Assembly (NCBI GenBank): GCA_034437175.1
Contig: DAOTUJ010000155.1
Span: 10,558 to 74,557 of the forward strand
Length of the DNA stretch: 64,000 bases
DNA from: Chloroflexaceae bacterium
GTDB taxonomy: Bacteria > Chloroflexota > Chloroflexia > Chloroflexales > Chloroflexaceae
Direction of reading: 5' to 3'
Positions 19,701 to 28,731 of the stretch are shown here, in pieces. The notes under the pieces were generated by a model that saw only the letters and a list, made by a program, of their open reading frames with translations, did no database searches and had not been told where the DNA came from. The translations under genes and the position numbers were made by a program. Within the stretch, counting starts at the first letter, position 1. Every line of letters begins with the position of its first letter.

Positions 19701-20257
19701 CGACCGCTGTCGAGCCAGCGAAAGACCCCGATGAACATCCAGAGTTCCCAGAGCACCATCAGCCCATCGTGGCGAGCAAAGCGGGTATAGTAGAGCAGAG
19801 CCGGCGTGAAGCCGAGCAGCACCGCCGCCGCCAGCGCGCCGCGTCGCCCGAAATAAGGCCGCAGCCACCAGCAGGAAGCCACCAGGCCAATCCCGGCCAG
19901 CGCCATCGGCAAGCGGGCCTGCGCATCGCCGTCGCCGAACAGAAAATAGGAAATCAGTGTCAGCACATACAACGAAGGCCCGTGATAAACCGGGTCGTAG
20001 CAGTAGGTCAACGAAACCCCGCCGCCCCAGCAACTGAAAGTCCCTTCGCCGGCATAAAAGCGCCAGCTTGACCAGGCGTGGATCGATTCATCATGGTGCA
20101 TAGCCATCGCGCCCAGCCCCCAGAGGTGGGCAGCCACACTGGCCACGATCAGCAGCATATACGCAACAAATTCCCAGTTGAGCCGCACCAGCGTAAGTGG
20201 CCGTTCAAGCAACGAACGCGGTTGAGGCCGGGTTTGCGGAAACGTTTCGATTGCCAT
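16742..20257 (-). CDS. polytopic GT-C-fold glycosyltransferase-like membrane protein fused to a C-terminal NHL-repeat beta-propeller
   Basis: The first loop has HHDESIHAW, a DE motif as in PMT/ArnT-type enzymes, and there are more than 12 hydrophobic helices. The C-terminal ~330 aa contain about 6 repeats of the type YVADTGNHRIQVYD / YVADTWNARIVKYD / YIADTGNKRIVV. Confidence 0.8.
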   Translation of the reverse strand: MAIETFPQTRPQPRSLLERPLTLVRLNWEFVAYMLLIVASVAAHLWGLGAMAMHHDESIHAWSSWRFYAGEGTFSCWGGGVSLTYCYDPVYHGPSLYVLTLISYFLFGDGDAQARLPMALAGIGLVASCWWLRPYFGRRGALAAAVLLGFTPALLYYTRFARHDGLMVLWELWMFIGVFRWLDSGRPGWLYLTALSVALAIATHELYYILFFIFGIFVLLRLIAESRFAARLNIGLLIVLGICVLFMVINPPLPIGVGLYVGEKAFLVASALLLVWMCQRLWDPRPILTERLRWLWAEDRSSLWVALAILVGTYTVLYTTFFAYPRGFFDGLYAGLAYWLGTQQDFARGDQPWYYYLMLLPLYEPLAVLAGLGMVVFLVSQVTRQTLQIRREQRAVAPVSEAAQPTGLPATKATDELSTEELAELAAQANGVEPAGSAQRETRPFQMHLVPLLLVFWFFTATIIFSWAGEKMPWLLVHMALPGNLLAAWVLGRLLNLLTPDPDLPQDPERSRPAVEPRLIWFIPLVFTLALLALVVAIWRFNNNAVGLEGQTNLLQGLVPLAVSGVLIYILLGLAQRTTWRLMLAAIALTLTVFLGAYTLRASWQVVYAHPDVPIEPMIYTQTSPDVPRYVRDVRELAINLTRNQRSSEDVAGGLSMPIILDGGGENGDGSLAWPIQWYLRDFNRINWKNSDNVRENPVPETFEVQMPDGSMELAPVVMLAKPTVTSDVRAALQENYVQPYGAGGVFNWWFPEGDKCSPQSPGYKRFYYHSLMPVSEYYDPENGDDCGRDISDEVYHPLMPLLWPFLPDNWGWMTNYVIYRELPYPLVPGAREMEVWIRQDLMAGTTLVNVAAESSSNGARLRLLAEQSLGDPAELTSPTGATVDSRGQVYVADTGNHRIQVYDAEGRLLRTMGGQGSGRSDFYEPRGLVTDAEDNLYVADTWNARIVKYDPEGNWLASWGSGGEELPEGRRATITDGTVAGNAAAPLGFFGPRGMAVDAQGNVYIADTGNKRIVVTDGEGNFRYQFGYAGNEPGAFNEPTGVAVDAQGNLYVADTWNGRVQIFAPQGNGQVSPVPIATWRVRGWQPNTYDDPSLDVSPSGQVYVSIPSRSEVLAANLRGETLLRWGGAGDDLAALNSPSGIAVAPGGEVYVVDRQSNRVLRFDLPAVQSE

Positions 20258-20370
20258 GCGATACTCTTACAGCAGTTCTCAGAAAGCTTGAACCCGAATT
20301 TGCGGCCAGGAACTGCATCAGAATGCGCTCTGATGGCGATCCTTTAGATCCTGATTCTGCGGTTCTTGCT

Positions 20371-22839
20371 CTAACGATATTCCAACGAGGCGCCCAGACC
20401 GGGGCTGATCTGGTCAGCAATTTCCGGGCGCACGGCCAGTACAAAATCACTCGCCCCCAGCGGCACGCCGGTGTCTCGCTTGATCAGGTAATTCCAGAGA
20501 TCCACCACCGTATCCTGGGCCAGCGGCGCCCGCAGTGCCCGCCCCAGCAGCGACGTATTCTCCAGCGGCGCCTCGCGCCAGCCCGGCAGCAAGCGATACA
20601 CCTCATTTTCCGGCAGCCACCAGCGCAAGGGGTAACGCTGCAGCCGAAAATCGCTCAGCAAATCGCGATTCTGCGGGTAGCGATCCAGGTTCTCTTGCAA
20701 CATCATCACCGCCACGACCTCCCGGCCGGGCGCCGCACTCAGTTGCGGCCCACTGCGCGTCCCGCTACTAAAATCGCGCAGATACCAACTCCAGACCGTT
20801 TCGTTGTCATAGATCACCGGCATGTCCAGTTGCCCGCCGCGCCGCCGCGAAACCTCTTCCAGCGCCCGCACCGCCCGCACCACATCCGGCGAGGTCTGCG
20901 TATAAATCATCATTTCGCGTGGCACATCGCCGCTCACATAATTCAGCCGAAAAGCATTGCGCACCGTATACACACTGAGCAGCAGCGTCACACAGATAGC
21001 CAGCATCCCCAACGACCAGCGCCAGCCCCAGCGCAGACCGGCCGCTACCGTCAACAGGCCGGCCAGCAGGAACACAAACAGCGGCACCATCCAGATGGGC
21101 ACCACCACATTCTGGCCGATGCCGAAGCCGGTGTATGCCGCCATCAAAATATAGCCCAGTCCCGCGATCACCACAAAGATCAGCCCGAAGATCGCCGACG
21201 GCCAGTGGCGCGCCGTTTCACCCTCGATACCGGCCAGTTCATGCTGGACGCTCGACCAGCGGCGCAAAACTGCTTGCAATGCCCAGGCGCTGAACAACGT
21301 CATCGGTACCACAATATGGATCGACAGCCAGGGCATCTTTTCACCGGCCCAGGAATAAATCCCGATGGCACCCAGCGACCACCACAGCAGCGCCGTCGGC
21401 AGCAGCAGCGCCTGTGCCGGCAGATCCGCTACCGATGGCTCCGAATCCGCTGCCCGGCGCAGCGCCCACCAGCGCCACCAGCACCGGCCCAGCACAAACG
21501 CGCCGGCCGTGCCCCAGAGCAAAAGCAGCGGCTCATACACGAACAGAATCACAAAATAGTAATAGCCGGGTTGCCCACCGCGTTCCACATTATGCTGAGC
21601 CAGCCAGTACAGCAGCGAACCGGTGGTCCCGGTGATCACCCCGAGCAGGTTGGTCAAAAACGCGGTAAAAAAGAGCGCATAGATCGCCACAAAGACCAGC
21701 AAAGCCACCAGCCAGCGCCGGTCGGCAAACAGGCTGGCATAGACTGCAACCACCGGGTCGCCGCGCCGGCACGCCTGTTCCCAGCGGCTCGTGCCCTCGG
21801 CGTCGCGCCGCCGGATAAACCAGGCGCCGGCGCCCAGGGTCGCCAGCACCAGCATCATCGCCAGCAAGACCGCCGGGTGCCCGAAGAAACGCCAGAGCTC
21901 GGCCAGGTACAACCCGAGATTGCTCAACAGAGAGCGCCCGGCCTCATCGTCGGGCTGATTGCGAATACTCAGCGCATAGGCATTGTCATCGGTTTCCAAT
22001 GGATACCAGCCGAAGATCGGCCCCGGTTGGTACTGCATCAAGCCGGTTTCCGGGTCACGGAGCGCCGTATGACTGCCATCGACTTCGGCGGTACCCGGCA
22101 GCACAAAGATCAACGCCACGACTGCCAGCGTCAGCGCACCCAGCAACGGAATACCCGGCCACCACAGGCGCCAGAGCAACAACAGCACCAGCGGCGCACC
22201 GAAAATCAGCGCAAAGAGATAGCTGGTCTCCTGGTTGACAACCATCAAACCGAAGGCCGCCGCTCCGAGGTAGAGCCAGGCCGGCTGCCGGCTGCTAGTG
22301 TAGCGCACAATAGCGGCAAAAATCAGCACCTCGAACACAACCGAATAAATATCGTGGCGAATGAAGCGCCCGACGTAGAGCGCCACCGGCGAAATCAGCA
22401 GGCCGCAGGCTGCCAGCAAAGCCGCAGCCCGGCCCAGCTCGCGCCGGATCAAAAAAGGCGCGAGCGTCAGCACCGTGCCGAAGATCGCCGCCCCCAGCCG
22501 GGCCGTGAAATCATTATCGCCAAAGAGAAAAAAATTGAGCGCACCAGAATAGTAGAGGAACGGCCCGTGCAACAACGGATCGTGAATATAGCCGCGGCCG
22601 GTGAAGATATTCCAGGAATAGGTGGCATGCAGCGTCTCATCGTGGTGCAGCGCCCGATCACCCAGCCCCCAGAAATGAGCCAGCACAGCCAGTACTGCAA
22701 TCGCCAGATACAGCAAATGCTCAACCGTGAGCCAGGTTTGTTGCTCGCCCGCCGTCCGGGCTTCAGGCAACTCATCAGCGCACGCGTGCTCTGCGACACG
22801 CGGCAAATCAAGTGTCGACATGCCCAAATTGGTAAGCAT
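20371..22839 (-). CDS. polytopic GT-C-fold glycosyltransferase-like membrane protein (paralogue, no NHL domain)
   Basis: The HHDETLHATYSW loop motif and the overall TM layout are collinear with the N-terminal ~800 aa of 16742..20257. From memory it resembles the family labelled TIGR03663. Confidence 0.8.
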   Translation of the reverse strand: MLTNLGMSTLDLPRVAEHACADELPEARTAGEQQTWLTVEHLLYLAIAVLAVLAHFWGLGDRALHHDETLHATYSWNIFTGRGYIHDPLLHGPFLYYSGALNFFLFGDNDFTARLGAAIFGTVLTLAPFLIRRELGRAAALLAACGLLISPVALYVGRFIRHDIYSVVFEVLIFAAIVRYTSSRQPAWLYLGAAAFGLMVVNQETSYLFALIFGAPLVLLLLWRLWWPGIPLLGALTLAVVALIFVLPGTAEVDGSHTALRDPETGLMQYQPGPIFGWYPLETDDNAYALSIRNQPDDEAGRSLLSNLGLYLAELWRFFGHPAVLLAMMLVLATLGAGAWFIRRRDAEGTSRWEQACRRGDPVVAVYASLFADRRWLVALLVFVAIYALFFTAFLTNLLGVITGTTGSLLYWLAQHNVERGGQPGYYYFVILFVYEPLLLLWGTAGAFVLGRCWWRWWALRRAADSEPSVADLPAQALLLPTALLWWSLGAIGIYSWAGEKMPWLSIHIVVPMTLFSAWALQAVLRRWSSVQHELAGIEGETARHWPSAIFGLIFVVIAGLGYILMAAYTGFGIGQNVVVPIWMVPLFVFLLAGLLTVAAGLRWGWRWSLGMLAICVTLLLSVYTVRNAFRLNYVSGDVPREMMIYTQTSPDVVRAVRALEEVSRRRGGQLDMPVIYDNETVWSWYLRDFSSGTRSGPQLSAAPGREVVAVMMLQENLDRYPQNRDLLSDFRLQRYPLRWWLPENEVYRLLPGWREAPLENTSLLGRALRAPLAQDTVVDLWNYLIKRDTGVPLGASDFVLAVRPEIADQISPGLGASLEYR

Positions 22840-23089
22840 GCGCCGAACTACGCCCGACGCACTCTGATAATAAAGCTATTGTGCATCTCGATGCACACAA
22901 TATAATCTGATAATCTCACTTTAGCCGCTGGCATTGTACACGATTGCCAAACCAGCGGCAAGTTACAGCCGGGCATCAATTGCCGGAACTGCGCCGAGTA
23001 CCGCACCGTACTACGCTCAAAACAAGATCTCTTCGATCTAAACTAAAAACCTTGCCAGGCTGCATTGATATAAAAAAAGCAATATACGG

Positions 23090-23118
23090 TTGACAGGCCT
23101 TCTAAACTGGGGTATCTT
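23090..23118 (+). promoter_or_regulatory. sigma-70-like promoter of the polyprenyl synthase gene
   Basis: TTGACA (23090-23095), 17-nt spacer, TATCTT (23113-23118), in an AT-rich intergenic region. Confidence 0.45.
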
Positions 23119-23163
23119 ACTTTACAGTTATCGTAGAGATTTTCACAATATTCAATAGATTGT

Positions 23164-24141
23164 ATGATAAGTGAACTTGCCCCGCGGAAACAACTGATTT
23201 TTTCCGACGCACTGCAAACTGATCTTAACCAGGTTAATCGCATTGTGTCGGAGCGAGTGCAGTCCCGCTCTGCTGTTTTGAATGTTGCCGGCAAGCATTT
23301 GCTCGGCTCGGGCGGCAAATCTTTGCGTGCCGCACTGGCATTGCTGACCGCACAACTTGGTCGCTACGAATTCGACCGGGTTGTCCACGCGGCGACTGCG
23401 GTCGAACTGATCCATGCCGCCTCGCTCACCCACGACGATCTGATTGATGACGCCGAACGCCGCCGCGGCATTCAGGCGGTACATCAACGATGGGATCACG
23501 GCGTTGCACTGATGGTCGGCGATTACCTGTTTGCCCTGGCTGCCGGCGAAATGGCGCTTGCTCCCGATGCGCGCATTATTACCTATTTTTCGCAGGCCGT
23601 CATGCAGATCTGCGAAGGCGAACTCTCACCAGTGATGACAGCCCGGCCGCTGGCACCCGCACTCGAACAGTACTATTTCAAGATCGGCTGCAAAACGGCG
23701 GCGCTCTTTGCCGCTGCTTGCAAAGCCGGCATCGCCAGCGCCTACGGCAACCCGGCCCAGATCGAAGCCCTCGGCCGATTCGGCTCCCAGCTTGGCCTGG
23801 CCTTCCAGGTCATCGATGATTTGCTCGATTTTACCGGCGATGAACAGGTACTCGGCAAACCTGCCGGCCACGATCTGCGGCAGGGCACGATTACGCTGCC
23901 TCTGATTTACGCCGTAGCCCGCAGCAACAACGAGCGCCTGGCTGCTTCCGTCGATAGCCGGGACGAAGCCGAAATCACCTGGGCTATCGGCGAAGTGCGC
24001 CGGCTTGGCGTCGAACCAACCCGCGATGCTGCCGGGCGCCTGGTCAATGCTGCCCTTGACGAACTCGCCGCATTCCCGGACGGCCAGGCCCGCCAGGAAC
24101 TGAGCGACATTGCCGTATTTATCCTCGAACGCGACCTCTAA
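23164..24141 (+). CDS. trans-polyprenyl diphosphate synthase (chain length not determinable)
   Basis: The two Asp-rich motifs are LTHDDLIDDAERRRG and FQVIDDLLDF. Length matches IspB/HepT-type enzymes. Confidence 0.9.
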   Translation: MISELAPRKQLIFSDALQTDLNQVNRIVSERVQSRSAVLNVAGKHLLGSGGKSLRAALALLTAQLGRYEFDRVVHAATAVELIHAASLTHDDLIDDAERRRGIQAVHQRWDHGVALMVGDYLFALAAGEMALAPDARIITYFSQAVMQICEGELSPVMTARPLAPALEQYYFKIGCKTAALFAAACKAGIASAYGNPAQIEALGRFGSQLGLAFQVIDDLLDFTGDEQVLGKPAGHDLRQGTITLPLIYAVARSNNERLAASVDSRDEAEITWAIGEVRRLGVEPTRDAAGRLVNAALDELAAFPDGQARQELSDIAVFILERDL

Positions 24142-24160
24142 ACAAAGCAAGCAGCGAGAA

Positions 24161-24211
24161 GCTAGAGCGCAGCAAACGGGCGACAATGTCGCCCGTTTGC
24201 TGCGCTCTAGC
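24161..24211. terminator. 51-nt perfect palindrome between convergent genes
   Basis: GCTAGAGCGCAGCAAACGGGCGAC-AAT-GTCGCCCGTTTGCTGCGCTCTAGC has a 24-bp stem. Confidence 0.7.
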
Positions 24212-24235
24212 CTCATCCGATATTCACGTATCGAA

Positions 24236-26275
24236 CTACGGAGCCGGCGACCCGATTCCGCTCTCGATGGGCACCGCAGTCGGCTCAAGCGGTGCCGGTT
24301 CCGGTGGCGGTACCTCTGCGGTTGGCAACGACGGCGGCAACGATGCCGGATCGGGAGTCGGAGTAGGCGCAGGTTCAGCCGGTAGCGGGCGCCCGTCCGG
24401 CCCCAGATCAGCCGGGTTGATTTCGAAAATATTGGGCCAGGGGCGGAAGCGCGTCACAAATTCCTTGCGCTCAACTTCAACCCCATGCTGCTTGACGATG
24501 CGGCTGTACACGATGGTCATGCCGCCACGAGCCGTATCGCTCTGGCGGGGCGAACCACGCGGGCGCGAGGAATCAGCAACGTACACCGGAGCGACTGGTG
24601 CCGGAATACGCTCGGTAGTCACCGGCCCTTCCAGTTCAACCGTACGACCGGTATCGGTGCCATAGATCCGCACTTCCGCCAGCGCCCGCGACGTATCGAC
24701 GGCCGTATCGATCAAGATCCAGTGACCGGTATCGTTGAGGAACTTCAGATCCGGCCCACCGGTAAAGATCGTCGCATCCATGCCCGGCCCATTGCCATAC
24801 TCACCGAAGCCATACTTATCGTACCAGGAAATATAGAACGAATGCCCCCAGCGCTCGGTAATCGGCAGGCCGGCCCAGAACGCCGCCCGAAACATCGTGG
24901 TCGAGTCCTGGCAAATGCCACCGCCCCATTCCAGTTGCGTACGGTTCTGCACAATCGCATAGCCTTCGACAAAGCCATTGCTGGCATCGATGCGCCCGAC
25001 CGCATTATTGAACGAAAACTCTTCACCCGGTGCCAGTAATATTCCATCGAGCAGACGCATCCCGGCTTTGATATTCGTGATACGATAGGCAGCCGATCCG
25101 CTGAAATCACTCTTGCCGTGACCGAGCAGCGTATCAATACCCAGTGATTCCAGGTTAGCCGCATTCACCGGCGGCGGGAGCTCGGCAAAGGGCAATTGCA
25201 CCCGCCGTTCACCATCTTCAAAAGCCTGCATCACTCGTGCTTCAGCCAGACTCAGATCCAGACCCCGTCCGGGCGTCCCCGGTTCAGTAATCATCAGATC
25301 ACCGCCATTCCAGGCAACCCTGGGGTAACTCCCCGGTTCTTGCAGATTTTCGGCCATCGCCGCAAGCTTTTCGCGCACCATCGCCTGATCGATCGCGACC
25401 TGGAGCGCATCCGGCCCTGCCGGGTTAAAGACTCGCTCGATGATGATCATATCGGCGATTTCCGGCAGGCTCCACTCCACCGTTTCTTTTTCCGTTTCCA
25501 GAAGCAGCGGTTCCTGCAGCAGGGCCGTAATTTCATCCTGGGTAGCCAGAATATCGTTTTCGCTGAGCAAGGGCGGAAATGCCCGCGTACGCATCGCCAC
25601 CGCCTGCGGCTCAAGCGATTGCACCGCCGCCATAATATCGACCATCGTTTCATCAACCAGCAACTGGGCACCGTTGACCGAAGGCACAACCACAGTCGTG
25701 AGATCCTGGCGTACCAGGCTTGCATCGATGGCCGGCTGCTCAATCTCGGCGGCCAGGCGCAACAGGTAATGCTGCATTTGCTGCTGATCAACGACAACCC
25801 GCAGCGGAATCTCCAGGCCTTGCTGCCAGACGGCCCTCACCACACGCAGATTCGCGATGAACCCATTGGTGCGCCCGGCCGCATAGGCTTCGGCAACCGT
25901 ATCATCAATCGCAACACTGATCCCGAGATCGTGCATGGTCGGCGTCCAACTTCGGTCGCCATAGATCAGGGTTACCGGCCCGGCCAGGAACGCCTGGTGC
26001 TGAGCCTGCAAAGCATTTGCAGCTGCGGCGGGCGTCATCTCGCCGACCGCAACGCCGCGGATCGACACATTCGGATAAATGCGGCCCGCAAAACTCCGAT
26101 CCAGGTTGTACAACACTCCACTGACGCCGACAATCACCAGCACCAGCAATGCCACCCCAATCTGCCAGATCCAGCGTACCCGCCGGCGCGGTGGCCTTGA
26201 ATGCGGCCCTGTCCCACGCTGTTCGGCTTGATTGCTCTGATCGATTTCGCCCAGCCATTCAGTCGGCCCGGTCAT
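24236..26275 (-). CDS. VanW-family (YoaR-like) membrane-anchored protein with Pro-rich C-terminus
   Basis: There is a single TM helix (IWQIGVALLVLVIVGVSGV). The VanW core is GGGICQDSTTMFRAAFWAGLPITERWGHSFYISWY. The start is uncertain: ATG 26275 or GTG 26398. Confidence 0.75.
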   Translation of the reverse strand: MTGPTEWLGEIDQSNQAEQRGTGPHSRPPRRRVRWIWQIGVALLVLVIVGVSGVLYNLDRSFAGRIYPNVSIRGVAVGEMTPAAAANALQAQHQAFLAGPVTLIYGDRSWTPTMHDLGISVAIDDTVAEAYAAGRTNGFIANLRVVRAVWQQGLEIPLRVVVDQQQMQHYLLRLAAEIEQPAIDASLVRQDLTTVVVPSVNGAQLLVDETMVDIMAAVQSLEPQAVAMRTRAFPPLLSENDILATQDEITALLQEPLLLETEKETVEWSLPEIADMIIIERVFNPAGPDALQVAIDQAMVREKLAAMAENLQEPGSYPRVAWNGGDLMITEPGTPGRGLDLSLAEARVMQAFEDGERRVQLPFAELPPPVNAANLESLGIDTLLGHGKSDFSGSAAYRITNIKAGMRLLDGILLAPGEEFSFNNAVGRIDASNGFVEGYAIVQNRTQLEWGGGICQDSTTMFRAAFWAGLPITERWGHSFYISWYDKYGFGEYGNGPGMDATIFTGGPDLKFLNDTGHWILIDTAVDTSRALAEVRIYGTDTGRTVELEGPVTTERIPAPVAPVYVADSSRPRGSPRQSDTARGGMTIVYSRIVKQHGVEVERKEFVTRFRPWPNIFEINPADLGPDGRPLPAEPAPTPTPDPASLPPSLPTAEVPPPEPAPLEPTAVPIESGIGSPAP

Positions 26276-26486
26276 CGATGGCTTGAACGTCCCGTTTTCG
26301 AAGTAACCCCGAGATGAGTTGTATGACGGTGCTTTTCCTTCCGACACGTAGATCTCCCATGAGGCGACTGCAAAGATTTTCACAACGACTTGCTTCACTA
26401 TACTCGCTCAGAGGCAGCATGTCAATGTGATTTGCCTGATGCAATGCCCGCTCATCGGGCCCACTATAGCCCTTCACAAAGCCGAA

Positions 26487-27263
26487 TCATGCATCATCTT
26501 CCAGGGCGACCAGCCGCCGAATATGCGGGTTCCGCCCCAGGCGCGCCAGCACATTGCGCTTGACACTGTAGACTTCGCGTACATCGGCAAACAGGTCACT
26601 GCGCCGCCCATAGATCTCGCGCGGGTTCATCCCCAGCACGAACGAGGCATACAATACCACGCGCTCCTGCTGGCTGTTCAAGTACTGGTCGATCAGGCGC
26701 CAGAATTCATTGCGCACCACCCGGCTCAAGGCTTCTTCGTCGGGCGCATGCTGCGGCGCCCGCTTCTCCGAAGCGGCCTCCTGCGGCAACATATCGCTCC
26801 AGGCATTCGAGCGCACACTGTCGATCACCACACTGCCGGCGCAGAGCTGCAAGTAATGCAACAGCGATCCCAATGTGGGAAACGAAGCAAACCGTTCCGG
26901 CAAGACCGCCCGCCAGAATTTGGTAAAGGCAGCGGCGACAAAATATTCGCTGCTCTCACCGGTGCTACCGAAAGCATTGCTGCGTCGCACCCAGCCATCC
27001 ACCAGTGGGCTGTACAACTGGTACACATAGATCCAGGCTTGCTGATCGCTTTCCACCAGTGCTCGACGGAACAGTTCATAGCTGAAGCGCTGGTCGCTGG
27101 GCCGCCCACGGAAGAAGTGCTCGCTCTGCTGGGCACAGTGCCCCACCAGGCGGTGAATATCCAGCCGGCTCAACTCCATGTCCTCCACCACCTCAACCAC
27201 CCGACGGTCGTGCTGAACATTGTTGCTGACTGGCTGCTGCATCTCAGTTTCTCCCGCTTCCAT
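26487..27263 (-). CDS. sigma-70 family (ECF-like) RNA polymerase sigma factor
   Basis: Region-2-like AWIYVYQLYSPLVDGWV and region-4-like ERVVLYASFVLGMNPREI...VYSVKRNVLARL are present. Confidence 0.65.
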   Translation of the reverse strand: MEAGETEMQQPVSNNVQHDRRVVEVVEDMELSRLDIHRLVGHCAQQSEHFFRGRPSDQRFSYELFRRALVESDQQAWIYVYQLYSPLVDGWVRRSNAFGSTGESSEYFVAAAFTKFWRAVLPERFASFPTLGSLLHYLQLCAGSVVIDSVRSNAWSDMLPQEAASEKRAPQHAPDEEALSRVVRNEFWRLIDQYLNSQQERVVLYASFVLGMNPREIYGRRSDLFADVREVYSVKRNVLARLGRNPHIRRLVALEDDA

Positions 27264-27376
27264 TGCTGATCCAATTCCGACTGATGCCGGCGTTCTTCTT
27301 GATGCCAGCCTAGCAAGTGGGGGCTGCGGCAGTGGTTCGGCCAGCCTGCGGCAACACTACGGAAGGCTTCCAGACG

Positions 27377-27420
27377 CAAAAAATCCGCAGTCGCACCGTA
27401 CAACTACGGTAAGACTGCGG
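27377..27420 (-). terminator. canonical intrinsic terminator (hairpin + T-tract) on the minus strand
   Basis: The minus strand reads CCGCAGTC...GACTGCGG followed by ATTTTTTG. Confidence 0.6.
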
Positions 27421-27432
27421 TAGCTTGAATGT

Positions 27433-27486
27433 AAAAGGCAGGTTTAAGGCCGCCGGTGAAAACCAGCGGCCTTAAACCTGCCTTTT
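27433..27486. terminator. 54-nt palindromic hairpin flanked by A/T runs
   Basis: AAAAGGCAGGTTTAAGGCCGC ... GCGGCCTTAAACCTGCCTTTT form 21-nt arms. Confidence 0.6.
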
Positions 27487-27509
27487 ACTTCACGCAGTGA
27501 CTGTCTTTT

Positions 27510-27546
27510 GCATTTGATGTTGCGGCTTCGCCGCAACATCAAATGC
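27510..27546. repeat. palindromic repeat, GATGTTGC core family, TTC loop
   Basis: GCATTTGATGTTGCGGC-TTC-GCCGCAACATCAAATGC has a perfect 17-bp stem. It lies 9 nt beyond the stop of the fgd-like gene. Confidence 0.85.
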
Positions 27547-27554
27547 ATATAATT

Positions 27555-28541
27555 TTATTTGTGGATGAGTTTCGGCAGCACCTGTTCGCCGAAGACGCGA
27601 AAGAATTGTTCCTGATTGCGCCCGACATTATGCACGTAGATCTCATCGAAGCCCAGGTCGATGAAGCCCTGGAGTTGCTCGCGATGCTCATCGAGATCGG
27701 TGGAGATAAGTACCCGGCCCTTGAAATCTTCTTCGCGCACAAGCTGAGCCATGGCGGCGAAATCCTCGGGCGAGCGAATGTCGGCCTTGGGAAATTTCAT
27801 GCCGCCATTCGGCCATTCGACCATGGCACTCTGGAGAGCCTCTTCATAGGTTTCGGCCCAAGAGATGTGTACCTGCAATAACTTCGGCATCCTGGCAGGA
27901 TCCTTGCCGGCCTCACGCGCCCCTTTGCCGAAATCGTCGAGAATACGCCGCAGCTTGTCGTGGTTGGCTGCCGGCGTGATCAGACCGTCGCACTGTTTGC
28001 CGGCCCAGCGCAAAGTCTGCGGGCCAACTGCCGCAATGTAAATCGGTACCGGCTCCTCCGGCAGCGTCCACATACGCACTTTGTTCATCTGGAAATATTT
28101 GCCGCGAAAGCGCACCGCTTTGCCGGTAAACAGGCGCTGCATCATTTCGACCGCTTCTTGCAGCATCTCGAAGCGCGTCAACGCCTCGGGCCACTCGCCA
28201 CCAACCACGTTTTCGTTGAGCGCCTCACCAGTGCCCAGGCCCAACCAGAAACGCCCCGGATACATTGCACCGAGCGTCGCCGCCGCATGCGCAATCACCG
28301 AAGGATGAAAGCGAAAGGTCGGACAGGTGACACCGGGGCCAAAATGGTGCTTCGTCGTGGCACCAAGCGCTCCCATCCAGGAATAGACGTAGGGGTTCTG
28401 GCCCTGCGCCGGCACCCAGGGCTGAAAATGGTCGGCAGCCATCACTCCTTCAAAGCCGTACTGCTCAGCCATCTTCGCATGTGCCAACAACTCATTCGGA
28501 TGAAACTGTTCAAGTGTAGCGGAAAGACCAATCTTTGCCAC
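27555..28541 (-). CDS. fgd: LLM-class F420-dependent oxidoreductase, glucose-6-phosphate dehydrogenase-like
   Basis: It is collinear with mycobacterial Fgd as I remember it: SDHFQPW..., SWM, PTFRxxPxVIAxA, GxGTGEALNE. Substrate specificity is inferred, not shown. Confidence 0.8.
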   Translation of the reverse strand: MAKIGLSATLEQFHPNELLAHAKMAEQYGFEGVMAADHFQPWVPAQGQNPYVYSWMGALGATTKHHFGPGVTCPTFRFHPSVIAHAAATLGAMYPGRFWLGLGTGEALNENVVGGEWPEALTRFEMLQEAVEMMQRLFTGKAVRFRGKYFQMNKVRMWTLPEEPVPIYIAAVGPQTLRWAGKQCDGLITPAANHDKLRRILDDFGKGAREAGKDPARMPKLLQVHISWAETYEEALQSAMVEWPNGGMKFPKADIRSPEDFAAMAQLVREEDFKGRVLISTDLDEHREQLQGFIDLGFDEIYVHNVGRNQEQFFRVFGEQVLPKLIHK

Positions 28542-28633
28542 ACCATGCTCCTTTCAGGCGGCAGTCGGGCTACCGCATGCTTTATTCCTACAAAATGTTT
28601 TTTGCCTCGGGTAGAATGGAAGAGATTTCGCTA

Positions 28634-28670
28634 TCGGTTGTTCTGGCCGCTTCGTCGCCGGAACAACCGA
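28634..28670. repeat. hairpin repeat with CTTCGTCGCC loop region (copy 1)
   Basis: TCGGTTGTTCTGGC-CGCTTCGTC-GCCGGAACAACCGA has one mismatch in the stem. Confidence 0.75.
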
Positions 28671-28731
28671 CACAGGGCCGTATCGCTTTGCTGCCGCAAA
28701 ATCAAATGAAGTAAATGAAGTGAACGAAGAC

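Noticed and set aside
17564-22905. Very long + strand ORFs (17564..20071, 835 aa; 20197..22905, 902 aa).
   Set aside because: They run antisense to the two GT-C membrane-protein genes. Their translations are low-complexity, rich in R, Q, P and H, with no motifs. Long antisense open frames are expected in GC-rich coding DNA, and the minus-strand genes have clear family signatures.
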